From Schmidtea polychroa (lineage: Eukaryota): a stretch of DNA of 64,000 nucleotides. The translations under genes were made by a program, and so were the position numbers. Of the stretch, positions 12,837 through 25,631 are shown piece after piece. The notes beneath the pieces were generated by a model, which saw only the letters and a list, made by a program, of their open reading frames with translations, was not told where the DNA came from and made no database searches. The stretch spans positions 162,316,001 through 162,380,000 of the forward strand of contig CM097885.1 in the NCBI GenBank assembly GCA_044892525.1. The letters run 5' to 3'. Each line of letters begins with the position of its first letter. Position 1 is the first letter of the stretch.

Positions 12837-15800
12837 TGACTGTGACCGCTAATATGTATTTTTAAGCATTCAAGATTGTACAAAATTTGAATGTGAATTT
12901 TTATTATAATATATTTATTCATTTTCATAGCAATTGTTCAATTTTCAATTGTTTCTGGGCTTAAATATTTTCTTGAGGATTTGTAGTTCCCCCAAACGCT
13001 TGGTGCCCACGGCACGTACCTTGTTTGCCTAATGGTTAATCAAAGCCTGCATTCATGGACAACTTGAATAAAAAAATATTTTTATATACAATAGTTTTCG
13101 TAATAGTTCTAGTTTTATTTTCTTAAACTATTTCCTACCAATTCTGACAAAAGCAAACTGGGCTAAATTTAGTAACACAACAGAAGAAATATAATTTTAA
13201 TTAAATGTAATTATTTCTAATTAAAATGTGACTGATTTTTCAAAACTAATTGATAATATTGATTTCTGAAATTTAATAAAAATACAATACATTTAAACAA
13301 TTTTTAATTTTGTTTTAAATTTAAAAATGCACTTGATAAAAATATGTCCAAGTGACACGAAGGTTGATTAAATTAAAATGGAAGCTAAGTTAGGCCCCAA
13401 ATCAAAAACCAAATGCCCAGTTGCCTTCTTTTTGAACAAAGCGAATATTTTAATTAACAAATTGGTCTGTGGTTATGCATATGTAGGTAAAAATCTGCAG
13501 TAAAAAATTAATACAAAATGATTTTAAAAAAAGAATTTTAACAGCAGTCTGATTGTTGTGGCATGAAGTAGAAATTTTAAAATGTGAAATTTTCGATTGC
13601 ACAGCATTTCCATGGCATAGCTAGAGGTTTCATGTGTCCCTGTTCCTAATGAACTCCTAAGGTCCAGCCAGGCCGCATTATGGATAATATATCCCTGGAT
13701 ATTCCTTAAATATAAACAATAGACTTTATTTTGTATACTTGTAATTTGTAAACAACTATTCTATTTTAAATTTGTATAACATTCCAAAAAAGACACATAT
13801 TGCTATTTTATATTTATTTTGTTTGGAATTTGTAAAAATAGTATGGATCCATTGACAAAGTTATTTAGATGATATAAACTAATTAATTAATTAATTGAAA
13901 AAAATCAATTTATATTACAAAAAAAAATTCCTAAAGCTTTACAGCTAAATGTCAGTCTGTTAAGTTAAAAAAAAAAGGATTAAGCATTTTTTGGTTCTCA
14001 TATGTAAGTTATCGGATTTGTAATTAAGTGACAAAAAAAGAGGAATTAAAAACTTAGCCAAATTTCAATATTGGTTGATGATAAAAAGTGAGCGAAATAG
14101 AGCAAATGTTAAAGCGTGTTGAAAGAAGGGAGTGAATTTTTAATTAAAGTTTAATCAGATTCAATTTTTTTGATTAATGCAGTTTACCTTCAAATCAGTA
14201 CTGCTTTTCAGAAACCCTAGTTGCTACTAAGTAAAGGTTGATTGTATCGGTGAAAATTTGATCGATTGTGATTTCCGATAATAATCAAAATTATACCGTT
14301 GAGTTCTTATACTGATCAAGGACACATGAAAGTTAGATTTGTATCTCTATTTTTTCGAGCAATAAATTCAACTGAACACTTTTTTTTGCCATGTGTCGAT
14401 TAGTTGTCATATCAATATATAAATTTGTTATAAGTTTTTCGATAATAAATTATTTGTTTATATAATAAATGTGTAGTTATAAGAAACCGCAACTGAAATG
14501 CTTGTTTTACGATATAATTCGGCATTTTCTATGTCATCGTCCGGTAGGATAGAAAAATATATTTAAAAATTTTTAAATATTTTATTATAACTTATTTCAA
14601 TAATTCATAAATTAAACAATTTCTAAACATTGAAAAAAATTATTTAAGTTAATAATATAATACATTTAAAACAACAACAATCCCAACATTTTACAAACTA
14701 TTTAAAAATATTAAAAAGAGAATTTGAAGACTATAAATCAGTAATATATCGATGTTTTTTGATACTCACGAATTTTCGGCACTGCCTTTTTCAAGTGAAT
14801 ATTTCAAGTGAAAATATTCAAAATCAAGTGCACATTATTTATCGGATTTAACGATTTTATCAACAAAGCTTCATTAAAAAACGTTTCCGATAATTAAATA
14901 ATTATTAATAAAAATTTTAAAATATTCTTTAAAGAAAAAAAATTTGTTCATAAAATTAATAATTTAATTTCTTTTATTCTAGCTTACGATGACAGGAAAA
15001 CTGTCGAAATATATTGTAAAACGAATATTCAGGTGACACTTCTTATAATTAAATCTTTGTCAAGGTTATTTAATTATTCATCTGTAATTGGTTATTTTTT
15101 ATCATTGGAAAATTTTAAAAAAAAATTATAAAAATCCGACTAAACTAAATTATTAATTAAAAATAATTTGCAAAAACATGCCCAATTCAAAAATATTTTT
15201 ATAAAACTTAAACTTGAAAACCGCGAGTTTTAAGAAATAAAATAATAGTAAAACAGTTCTTAAACGGAGAGCTACCTTGAATGTGTTGATATATCGAGAT
15301 AAACACAAAGGAAAAGACTAAGAAACTAAAAATAAAATAAGAATGACTACGTAACTTAAAAAATAAGAAAAAATAAAGAGCAACTTTTAAAGAAATAAAA
15401 AACTTTGGTAAAAGAACATTTAGAAAATTTCAAATTTTGTAATATCTTCAAATGGACGTCTCTACTGACTTCAGAGGCAAAAAAATATTATTGGGTGAAA
15501 TGGGCAAATATAAAACTGAATAAACACAACTCTGCGCTCTAAAAACTTACGATAATCTAGTTATATATTTTGTATACACATCTAAATTAATAATTAATAA
15601 CTTATTTTGGCGTCCATGATGGGAAGAGGTATATTATTAATTATAAAACGGGAATTGTTTTCTGAATAATAATGATGCGTATTTCCTTTCATCTAAGAAA
15701 TTTCTAATCCTCTTATATAACTAGAAATAATAGGTAAAATATATTTTTTTTATGTTTGTTATAAGGCTAAAAATTCCATAATTAATTAAATGCTCCTTTA

Positions 15801-16239
15801 ACTTGAAATTTTTAATTTTAATTATCATAAGAAATTTTTTATTTGAAATGTTTTCACATTATTTTTTTTACAAATTCAAATTTATAGCATAGTAGCTGTT
15901 GAACCTGGCTTCTCCCGAGTTTACATTTATTATAATAATTCATTTAAATTAATTTTTTTGTTTAATGATGTTATTACGTCCCAGTATTAATTTTATTACA
16001 GCTTCAATTCCATGTTTAATTCACAATAAGAAAAGCTTTCAAAATAAATTTCAATTTGTAAAATCGAAAACACACTCTAATTTAAATCGAAAAATAGCTG
16101 GCAATATTTTTCCAATTGCAAACTGGTTCACTAATCAAATAAAATTCAAATTCTCCATGTTTGAATTCTGCTTTGAAGACTTTTGACTAAATTATAATAC
16201 TTTCAACTGAAAGTAGCAAGCATATAATAAATTATTATT

Positions 16240-16447
16240 TATATGGTGAATGGCTGACTGGACAGAAAACAAACTGACAAACCGACTTAGGTTACCCTAG
16301 GGGTGGTCACTTAGGGTTTAAACATAGCCTATGACCTGTCACGAGTCAAATGAGGGTAACATGCAAATTTTCAGCACCCTAGGTCCAACGGTTGGGAATT
16401 CTATGGGTAACAAACAAACAAACTTACATCTTTTTATATCAGAAGAT
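16240..16447 (+). mobile_element. Non-autonomous Helitron/Helentron-associated (HINE/DINE-like) fragment; similar sequence at ~24400-24725
   Basis: CATGCAAATTTTCAGC..AGGTCCAACGGTT..ACAAACAAACAAACTTACATCTTTTTATAT architecture, typical of these elements. Confidence 0.35.
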
Positions 16448-17769
16448 AAATCGTTAAAAACTTTCAATTAAAAGTTTTTTTACTAACAATTAATAACAAT
16501 CTTCTTTTGTAGTAAATCGTGATTCCTTTTTCTTTGATAATTCTTTCAGATAAACCTTGACTTACGGATGCATTATACTACATCCTGCCTTCAATCATCA
16601 TATCTCTTTTTTTCGTTTTTTTAATTTTCATTGTTTACTGAATGTAACGTGTAGAAAAATTTTATTAAATTGCAGGCGCAATATTTATCAATACATAACG
16701 TTATGTTCATTTCTCTAAAAATATAATACAAATAAAGTTCTTTCATCATTTGATAACGCCATCTTCACTAAACCATATATTAACAAATACATTAAGTAAA
16801 AAGTAGTATAAGTATATATTTAAACATTAAATAAACTTCAATAAATAAATTAAATTAAACTTTCAAAGATCAATTATCTAAATAATTGTTAAAATAGTAT
16901 TTTAAAATTAACATTTTTAATGTGTTTATAAATTTAAAATAATAAATTTAGCATTTTAATGCGAATAAAATATATGAGGAATAAAATCTGTTCTGAAAAT
17001 ATCAAAATTTGACAATGAAAATAATTCTCAAATATATTATATATTTAAATGATATTGAAGAAAACAAACGGTAAAAACATATTTTTTAAAAATCTCTCTA
17101 TATCTCAGTCTTACATTCTCTCAAAATTAAAATTTCAATATGCATAGTCAATGCTATGAAATATTTAATATTACGCAAAATCACCTATTTAAGAAATTAC
17201 TTTGAAAGGAACATTTTATTATTATTTCTTTTATATTATCATATTACTTCGAATATAACCCACCCTCGAATTTAAGCCACAGGAAGTTTTATGATAGGTA
17301 TTTTAAATAGGACAGAGTTAAAATATTCGTCTTCAACAACGCAAATTTTTTTCGTCCACAGTAAATCTTTTACAGGCTGCGCGATTTCCAATTTCTTGGG
17401 CATATAAAATAACATTTGTTTGAATTTTGCATCATACTGAGGCGTTTATTCATGATAATAATTTATGACTATGATCGGTGTTATATTAGTTTTCTCGTTT
17501 ATTGTATATTTATTTGTCGTATGTTGTAGTATAGTAATTCTGTTAGGAAGATTTGTAGAGACCGATAGAGTCACCTATGAAAATATGTGGCGGGACAATC
17601 GGGGTGAGTGTATATAGTGCGTGCAACAATACATATAATAATAAAATTAAAATATAAAATTAATATAACACTAACAAATTATAATCGCAACTTTTATTAA
17701 ATATAAAAACTAAACGTTTTATTGATTTTTTTTATCTTTTTTCAATTTACTATAGCGATTTTATAGCGA

Positions 17770-19034
17770 TAAAACGAATTCCTCTAAGTCTCGCAATTAT
17801 CCAAACCAAAGCATCTAGTCTTTTCAATATGTAAAAATTAAAGGACGATAAAACTATGATCAGACTATTACTGCAAGACATGGTTGGTTTCAAAGATTTA
17901 GGAAGAGAGCTAATTTTCAAAATGTAAAAATTGGTGGAGAGGCAGCTAGTGTATATAAAGTATTATAAAGCTGCTGAGGAATTTGTAGTTAAATTCGAGG
18001 AGTTTCTAAAAGAAAACAATTATACAAAGGAACAAATATTTTATGTAGATGAGACTGGTCTATATTGGAAGAAGATGCCTGAACGTTCGTATATTCATAA
18101 GGAGGAAAAAGTATGCCAGGGTTCAAGGCTTTTAAGGACCGGATAACAGTTTTATTAGGCGGAAATATTGCTGGTTATAAATTGAAACCTTTGTAATACA
18201 TCGCTCGAAAAATCCAAGAGCATTTAAAGGAGTAAATATTAATATGTTACCTGTGCATTACAACTCAAATAAAAATGCTTGGATAACACTATTACTTTTT
18301 GAAGACTGCTTTATGAAAGTATTTGCGCCCGAAGTAAAAGAATATTGTAATCAAGAGAATATTCCTTTTAAAATACTTTTACTACTGGATAATGCACCTG
18401 GACATCCACCACACCTATGCGACTAACACCCGAACATTCAAATTATGTATCTGCCTCCAAATACTACGAGTGTTTTCCAGCCCATTATTTAAAAATTACA
18501 TTTACTCAAGCAATTATGGCTCTTTAAGAGGGGATTACTTTAAATAATTTTGATCAAGGTATAATATTCTTCATGGAATGAAAAACATAACAAGTGGGTG
18601 GAAAGAAGTCAAGCCTTCTTGTATGAACGTAATGTGGAAAAAAATAACAAAAAAAGATTTGAAGAATGTACAAGTTCGTCGATTGAAAAAGAAGTTGACA
18701 TTGAGGAAATTACAGATCAAATTGTAGATCTTAGTCGGCAGCTTAATCTTGAAGGTGTCAGTGAAGATATTAACCAACTCATTGCACACCAATTGGATGA
18801 CCTAACGAATGAAGATTTATTGGAATTTGAGGCACAATGTGTTGCAAAACACGAAGATAAAAGCAAATCAGATGAAGAAAAAAGTTCACAAAAAAAATTC
18901 TCAACAAAAGAAATGAGTACTGCTTTTCACCAAATTAATAAGGGAATGCTAAAATTACAACAAATGAATGCAAATGAGGAGCGGTTTTCAGAAATAAATA
19001 GGCTGATTCAGGAAAATTTGGCTTGTTATCATTT
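17770..19034 (+). pseudogene. Tigger-like DDE transposase, 5' part, disrupted
   Basis: QIFYVDETGLYWKKMPERSYI, LLGGNIAGYKLKP, KILLLLDNAPGHP, YLPPNTTSVFQP; frameshifts and stops. Confidence 0.9.
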
Positions 19035-19360
19035 TGAAAGTGATTAAATTGAAGAAGTATTTAATTTCCAGATTTAAATAGATTTAAATAATATAATTAA
19101 AGTAAATAATAAAATTATAAATTAAAATAATAAATTAAATATATTTAAGAATGATTGAAGATTAAAATATAAAATATTTATTGAATGCTTGTGTATGAAT
19201 ATTCCCTATTCAAATATTAACTCATGCTTACGAAAATATCCTCTAAGCTAAAAACAGTGATTGTTTTAATAATAGGTATTTTTGTGTTGTTTTTAAAAAT
19301 ATAGTTTTGTTTTGTTTTTAAAATATGGATGTGATTAATTTAAGAAACCAAACTTCTAAT

Positions 19361-20378
19361 ATGGCGACCACGATGGCCAATTTTATCAAAGCACCAGAAA
19401 ATTTCGAGATGGGAACCGATGTTGAACATTTCATCAAGGAAACCGAAAGGTTTTTCGAATTAATGTCGATAGCTGAGGACTTCAAAGGTAGATTTATCAA
19501 AGCTTTTTTATCAACAGATGCAATTAAGAAATAGGATTCAACTGATGAGAAACAAAATTATATGGATAGACTGAGAGAAACCTTCAAAAAACCAATGAAT
19601 CTGATGGAAGACTTAAGTGAAGCGCTAGATTATAGACAAGGAGATGATTCCGCTGATGATTTCTGCAAAAAAAATTGAGAAATTATCAAAACGAATTCTG
19701 AAACACGAGTTAAATGAAGAAGAACTTCAAAAATTTCTCATATTCAATGCAGTGGGAGACCAAGATTTGAAAAAAGATTTGAGATTAAATGAATATAAAT
19801 CTGTGAATGAAATGAAAAAGAGAATTAAAAATAACGAGAAAGTAATTAAAGAATTAAATCGAAACAGTGACTCGATGGCAATTGTGGGAACTGAAACGAG
19901 ATATGCGGATATGGTAAAAAAAGCTGTAAATATTCCAGCAAGACCAATATTACGCAGATATAACGATATTCCTAGAAGAAATACGTTCAGCGAGCCAAAA
20001 CAGAATCGAGAATATCAGAACAAACAATCGAATTTTAATAATCAAGAATTCCAAACAAACAATAGGCCAAAGTTCAGATGCTGGGCATGTCATGAAGAAG
20101 GCCATAGAAGAACAGAATGCCCGAATGTTAAATGTTATCATTGTCACAGAGCAGGTCATTTCAAACACCAGTGCTTCCAATTAAGAAAGAATTTCAGAGA
20201 TGTAAGAGAAAATGAACAAGAAAACATATGGGGAAAATTCCAAGGAAATGGCAGAAATTTCAGAAACCGACAATATCAGAAACCAGTTGCGGCAATGGAA
20301 GAAGAAGAAGAACATGAAAATCAATACCCAAATGGATATGCTCCACCACGAGAGGAGGTGATCGGAGCACTGCAGTAA
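19361..20378 (+). pseudogene. gag with two CCHC knuckles
   Basis: CWACHEEGHRRTEC and CYHCHRAGHFKHQC; TAG at 19532-34 and a +1 shift in the A-run near 19670. Confidence 0.9.
20327..20369 (+). promoter_or_regulatory. Candidate -1 ribosomal frameshift signal (gag-pol)
   Basis: Slippery C CCA AAT in the gag frame, then stem TGCTCC(ACC)...(GGT)gatcGGAGCA. The pol frame is -1 relative to gag and open from 20318. Confidence 0.6.
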
Positions 20379-20380
20379 GT

Positions 20381-23300
20381 ATGAGTTATTTGTTGAATGG
20401 GGAATTGTATGATGATTGTTTGTATGATGATTGTTTGCATGTATTAAATAATGAGAAATATGAATATATAAGTAATGATGATAATTGTAAATGCGTCTAC
20501 GATGCAGATATTTATAGTGATTGGTATAATAATGGATTGAGGTTAGATGATTTTGGAAATGTTGTAGAGCATGTTTGTAATATTAATAATATAAATTATA
20601 ATAGTAATATAATTAAATATAATAAATTAGATGGTAGACCACGTGTCACATTATTGATCAATGGGAACGAAGTATGCTGTTTATTAGATACAGGAGCAAA
20701 GATCAGTGTGATGGATGAAAGTGTATTAGAAAAGATAGGAAAGTTTTATTTAGAAAAATGTTATGTTAAATTGAGATGTGCAAATGAGTCACCGGTATCT
20801 ATAGTAGGAAAGGTAAATATTACAGTTCAAATAGTGGGAACGAAAGAGGCGAGAATAATTGAATTTATTGTGGCCAAAGAGATTTCACCAAAGGTAATTG
20901 GAGGAATAGACTTCTTGAGAAAATTCGACATAAGGATAGTTTATTAAATGACGATGTAACTATTGCTGGAATAAAAAACGTAAAAGAATTGAGTGAATCT
21001 AACCAATGTAAAGATGGTAATGTTAGAGAGCTATGCAGAAAATTTGAGTCAATTTTTATGAAACACAAATGGGATGTGGGTAAGACAAATTTAATAACGC
21101 ATGAAATTTTAACATCAGGAAGACCTATTGTGATAAATCCAAGGCGACAGCCAGCACATTTGATTGGAAAGATTGATGAAAATATAAAAGAAATGGAAAA
21201 ATTTGGAATCATTAAAGAATGTAACTCGCCATGAAACACTCCTTTAGTGTGTGTAAAGAAAAAAGATAAAAATGATGTACGAATTTGTCTGGACTTTAGA
21301 GCACTAAACAATGTCACAGAACGACCAATATTTCCAATCCCAAATACAAATGAATTATTAGATACGTTAGAAGGTGCAAAATATTTCAGCACAAGTGATT
21401 TAGGGAATTTGTACTACCAAGTGGAACTTGATTAAGAATCGAGACTGAAGACAGCATTTTCTACCAAAAACAGACAATATTGTTTTAACAGGATGCCATT
21501 TGGAATAGCAGCAGCTCCGGCAACCTTTCAAAAGTTAATGAACATGGTATTAGGTGAACTTAATTGGCAAATAGCGATAGTGCATTTGGACGATATTCTT
21601 ATATCTTCAAAAGAATTAAAAGAACACTACGAAAATATCGAAAAAGTTTTCAAGAAAATAGAACAAGCAGGACTAAAAATTAATCCATCAAAATGTCAAT
21701 TCTTGAAAAATGAAGAAAAGTTCCTCGCACATATAATCAGCCAAGATGGAGTAAAAACAGAAGAAGAAAAAATTAAAGTAGTCAAATTTGAAAGACTCAA
21801 GTGTGTTAAGAAATTAAGAAGCTTTTTAGGGTTAACCAGTTACTATAGAAAATTTATAAAGGATTATACAGAAGATTCAAACCATTTGGAAAAGTTGTGT
21901 GGAAGCAAAGAGAAGAAGTTGATTTGGACAGAAGAATGTGAAAGTGCATTTACGAAACTGAAAGATAAGTTGATTAATGCACCAATATTAAAGTTTCCTG
22001 ATTTTAAAAAAACTTTCATATTGGATACGGACGCTAGCTTCGATCGTATTGGCTCTGTTTTGGAGTAACAGATAGTTCTGGAAAGGAAAATGTTATTGCT
22101 TATCATTAACATGCTATGTCAAAACACGAGGTGGGTTATTACATAACAAGAAAAGAACTTTTAGCAATATATCATTTCACAAATCATTTTAAACATTACC
22201 TTTATGGGAAAAGATTTATACTACTGACGGATCATAAAGCCATAACATATATGATGAAGACTAAGAAACCTATCACTCCACAATTCCAGAAATGGATAAA
22301 TTATTTAAGTAGTTTGGAGTTTTCAATTTAGGAAAGGAGAAGAACATTGCAATGCAGATACATTGTCAAGAAGTGAATGTATGACGTGCGTTCAATACCA
22401 AACCATCCATCTTAATCCAAAAACAGGGAAACTCAAAACGAAACTTTTGGCAATAATGACAGAAAACCCAGAACAAGAATGGCAAAGGAATTCAGAAAAA
22501 ATCAGAAATCATAAACAACATAAAGCAAAATGAGGGTAACAAATTCATAATAAAGAATGGAGTAATATTGACAGAAAATAATAAAATATGGATTCCGGAT
22601 GATAAAAGAATTGAATTCATTAAAAGGTATCACAAGAAACTGTGCCATGCTGGACCAATTAAAATTGAGAAATATGTGTCAAATAATTTTTCAATGAGAC
22701 ACATGAAACGAACGATCCAAGACGTAGTTCATAGTTGTGAAAATTGTCAAAAGAGGAAAACTACAACAACACGAACTAGGGAGCAAATTTGCAAAATGCC
22801 GGAAACAGGTTTATTTGAAACAATATTTATAGATTTTTGTGGTCCACTAAAACAAAGTCAGTATAGAATGAGATATATCGTCGGAATTATCGATAGTTTT
22901 AGTAAATATGTGGCACTACACGCAGTGAAATCACAAGATAAAAAAACCGTGACACCAATTTTAAGAAATAATTGGATTTTAAAATTTGGTGCGTCGAGAT
23001 TTCTACATTGTGACAGGGGTAAAGCATTTGAGAGCAAAGCTATGGATAATTTAATGAAGGAGCACAATATTAAAATTATATTTTCAAGCCCGTACCATCA
23101 TTCAGCAAATGGCCTAATCGAAAGACAATTCAGAACAATTAGAGACGCCATTCATATCACTCTAAAAGATAAAGATCACAAGAATTGGGTAGAGTTATTA
23201 CAAGAAGTCGAGTTTATGTTAAATTCTACATTTCAGAAAACAATTAGACAAACTTCAAGTGAAAGAGTTTTTGGAAAAAGAATATATAAAGAATGGTCTA

Positions 23301-23575
23301 CAAATATGTCGGTTGAGAATATGAGTTTTAAAGAAATAACAGAAAGAAAATTCAAAGTAGGAGACATAGTGCTGGTAAAAAGAAATGATAACAAAGACGA
23401 AGATCGATATGTTGGACCTGCCGAAGTAATAAAACAAATACACGAGAGAAGTTATGAAGTACAATTTGAGAATGGAAAAAGGCTTATAAGAAACATAGAG
23501 TGGATAAAGCTTTTTAAAAAGGAGGATGTGAAAGTGATTAAATTGAAGAAGTATTTAATTTCCAGATTTAAATAG
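20381..23575 (+). pseudogene. pol: protease, RT, RNase H, integrase, disrupted
   Basis: LLDTGA, CLDFRALN, VHLDDIL, ILDTDAS, TDHKAI, zinc finger H..H..C..C, FIDFCGP, HCDRGKAF, NGLIER; several stops and frameshifts. Confidence 0.95.
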
Positions 23576-23857
23576 ATTTAAATAATATAATTAAAGTAAA
23601 TAATAAAATTATAAATTAAAATAATAAATTAAATATATTTAAGAATGATTGAAGCTTAAAATATAAAATATTTATTGAATGCTTGTGTATGAATATTCCC
23701 TATTCAAATATTAACTCATGCTTACGAAAATATCCTCTAAGCTAAAAACAATGATTGTTTTAATAATAGGTATTTTTGTGTTGTTTTTAAAAATATAGTT
23801 TTGTTTTGTTTTTAAAATATGGTTGTGATTAATTTAAGAAACCAAATTTTCTAATTT

Positions 23858-23994
23858 ACCGGGAAAGGAAAGCTCTAACTATTCAGACAACATTGGACCA
23901 AATTTTTAAGAAAACCAGCACTGGACAATCCTTTTCTGAAGACAACGCAATGGATTGCACTCTTGTAATAAGTACGGATGATGAAGACATTTAA
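23858..23994 (+). pseudogene. Tigger-like transposase C-terminus resuming after the 3' LTR
   Basis: YRERKALTIQTTLDQIFKK...DDEDI* continues ENLACY from the left flank. Confidence 0.75.
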
Positions 23995-25067
23995 AAAACT
24001 CTAAATTAAATAATATATTTTTGTTTAATTATATATATTTTTTATTATTTATTTTTGCTTTGTAATGTGTTGTTTTTAATTCAATATATATTTTTGTGTT
24101 ATTATTATTATTTTAAATAAAGTTTGAATAATTTGAATTTTGGGTAGTTTCATTTCTACTGACCCTCAAAGTTAGTAGTACAGTTTGTAATTCTTTTCTT
24201 AATTAAAAAGTGCGGCTTATATTCGAAGTAATACGGTATTTACGTGATGTAATAATCACATAAGAAACTCAATTTAAAGAAACTCAATAAAACTCAATTC
24301 CCTGATAAGGTTAAAATAAGGCTAAAAGTTTGGTCTAAAAATAAAATCACTTCACTTTATTCACTTTAAATTGTGCAAAATAATTTTTTTTCATTTTTTC
24401 ACAGGACAAACAATTTACGGTACTAATTTTTGCAGCACCGAGCCATTCATGGAAATATTTAAAAAATTCACAAAATTGTTAAAATTACAAATTTTAGATG
24501 TTTTTAAACCTTTCTTCATTTGGATAGGTTGAAAATTTTCAAAAAAGTTAATTATCGTACCTTCGATCCATCTGAAATTTTAAGAACGCATTGTTCTCGA
24601 CGACGAATCTATCTGTTACATTTCAGCTCGACCCGATCACGGGAAATGAGTTAATTTGCCGTCTCAAGATTTACGTGGCTCATACAAACATGCATACAAA
24701 GTAAAGTTAATATAGATAGAGTATAAAGTATATTGTTGTTTTCGAAATAAATTAAAATAAAATCACCATAGCGCAACAATAACAAAATATTTTTATCCAG
24801 TTCACCCTTTGACATTAATTTTAATGAAATGTTAATGATAAAAAGAAAAACTCGTTAAATTCGTAATGAAATTTAAATATTTTAGAGAACGATTTTTATA
24901 AAATATATTTTAATCATTTTTCGTAAATTGACACAGCAATAAGCTTATAATAATGTCTGAAAGAACGACTGATTTTGAGTTATTTTCACAAATATTTTCA
25001 TTAGAATTATTGAGTAAAATAGTGGTTTAATAATACTAATAACAATATAATTAATAATAATAATAAC

Positions 25068-25126
<59 letters not shown>
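25068..25126. repeat. Palindromic microsatellite (AAT)n(ATT)n
   Basis: AAT run switches directly to an ATT run at ~25099. Confidence 0.9.
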
Positions 25127-25129
<3 letters not shown>

Positions 25130-25307
25130 AAGTGATTACTTCGTAGCATTAATTAAATTTAAAATACTTAAATGATAATTTAAGCCTTTTGATGTAAATA
25201 ATATATTTCATATAAATGAAAAGATTTTATAGTCGAAAATCTTTCCATCTATATTAAATATATTATTTGCAGCAAAAGGCTAAAATTATCATTTAATGAT
25301 TTAAAAA

Positions 25308-25353
<46 letters not shown>

Positions 25354-25631
25354 TATAAGATAATACATGTTTTCCAGAGTTTTAATACTTTGGTCAAAGT
25401 GTTTAACAACAAAATTATATATAATAAAACAATAATATACAATAAAATAGGTTAATTCATGATAGTATTAGTTTGGACTGATCTTATAATGTACTGGAAA
25501 TTAAAAACTTCTGCCAGCTTTAATTACATACACACATTTTTTACCGAAAAGACAGAAAATTATTTATATTCAAGTACTTACCGGATATAACAATAAAAGA
25601 AATTGCTGGGTGTTAAAAATAAAGTATTAAG

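Larger units (their letters stand above)
19035..23853 (+). mobile_element. Full-length Ty3/Gypsy LTR retrotransposon, coding-defective
   Basis: LTRs 19035-19358 and 23529-23853 (boundaries +/-3 nt; 4 differences counted). Probable ATTT TSD. PBS TGGCGACCACGA at 19362; PPT AAAAAGGAGGA at 23516-23526; gag-PR-RT-RH-IN order. Confidence 0.95.
17239..24236 (+). mobile_element. pogo/Tigger DNA transposon interrupted by a Gypsy element
   Basis: TIRs (tca)TATTACTTCGAATATAA and TTATATTCGAAGTAATACGG, both flanked by TA (17237-38, 24237-38); transposase inside. Confidence 0.85.

Noticed and set aside
20375-20605. Intron joining gag to pol (CA|GTAAGT donor)
   Set aside because: An in-frame acceptor can be found, but the canonical slippery site plus hairpin and the -1 overlap explain pol expression more simply.
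19035-23853. Paradox of near-identical LTRs with many ORF disruptions
   Set aside because: About 1% LTR divergence over 4.2 kb of AT-rich coding sequence, plus possible homopolymer errors, can account for the handful of stops and shifts.
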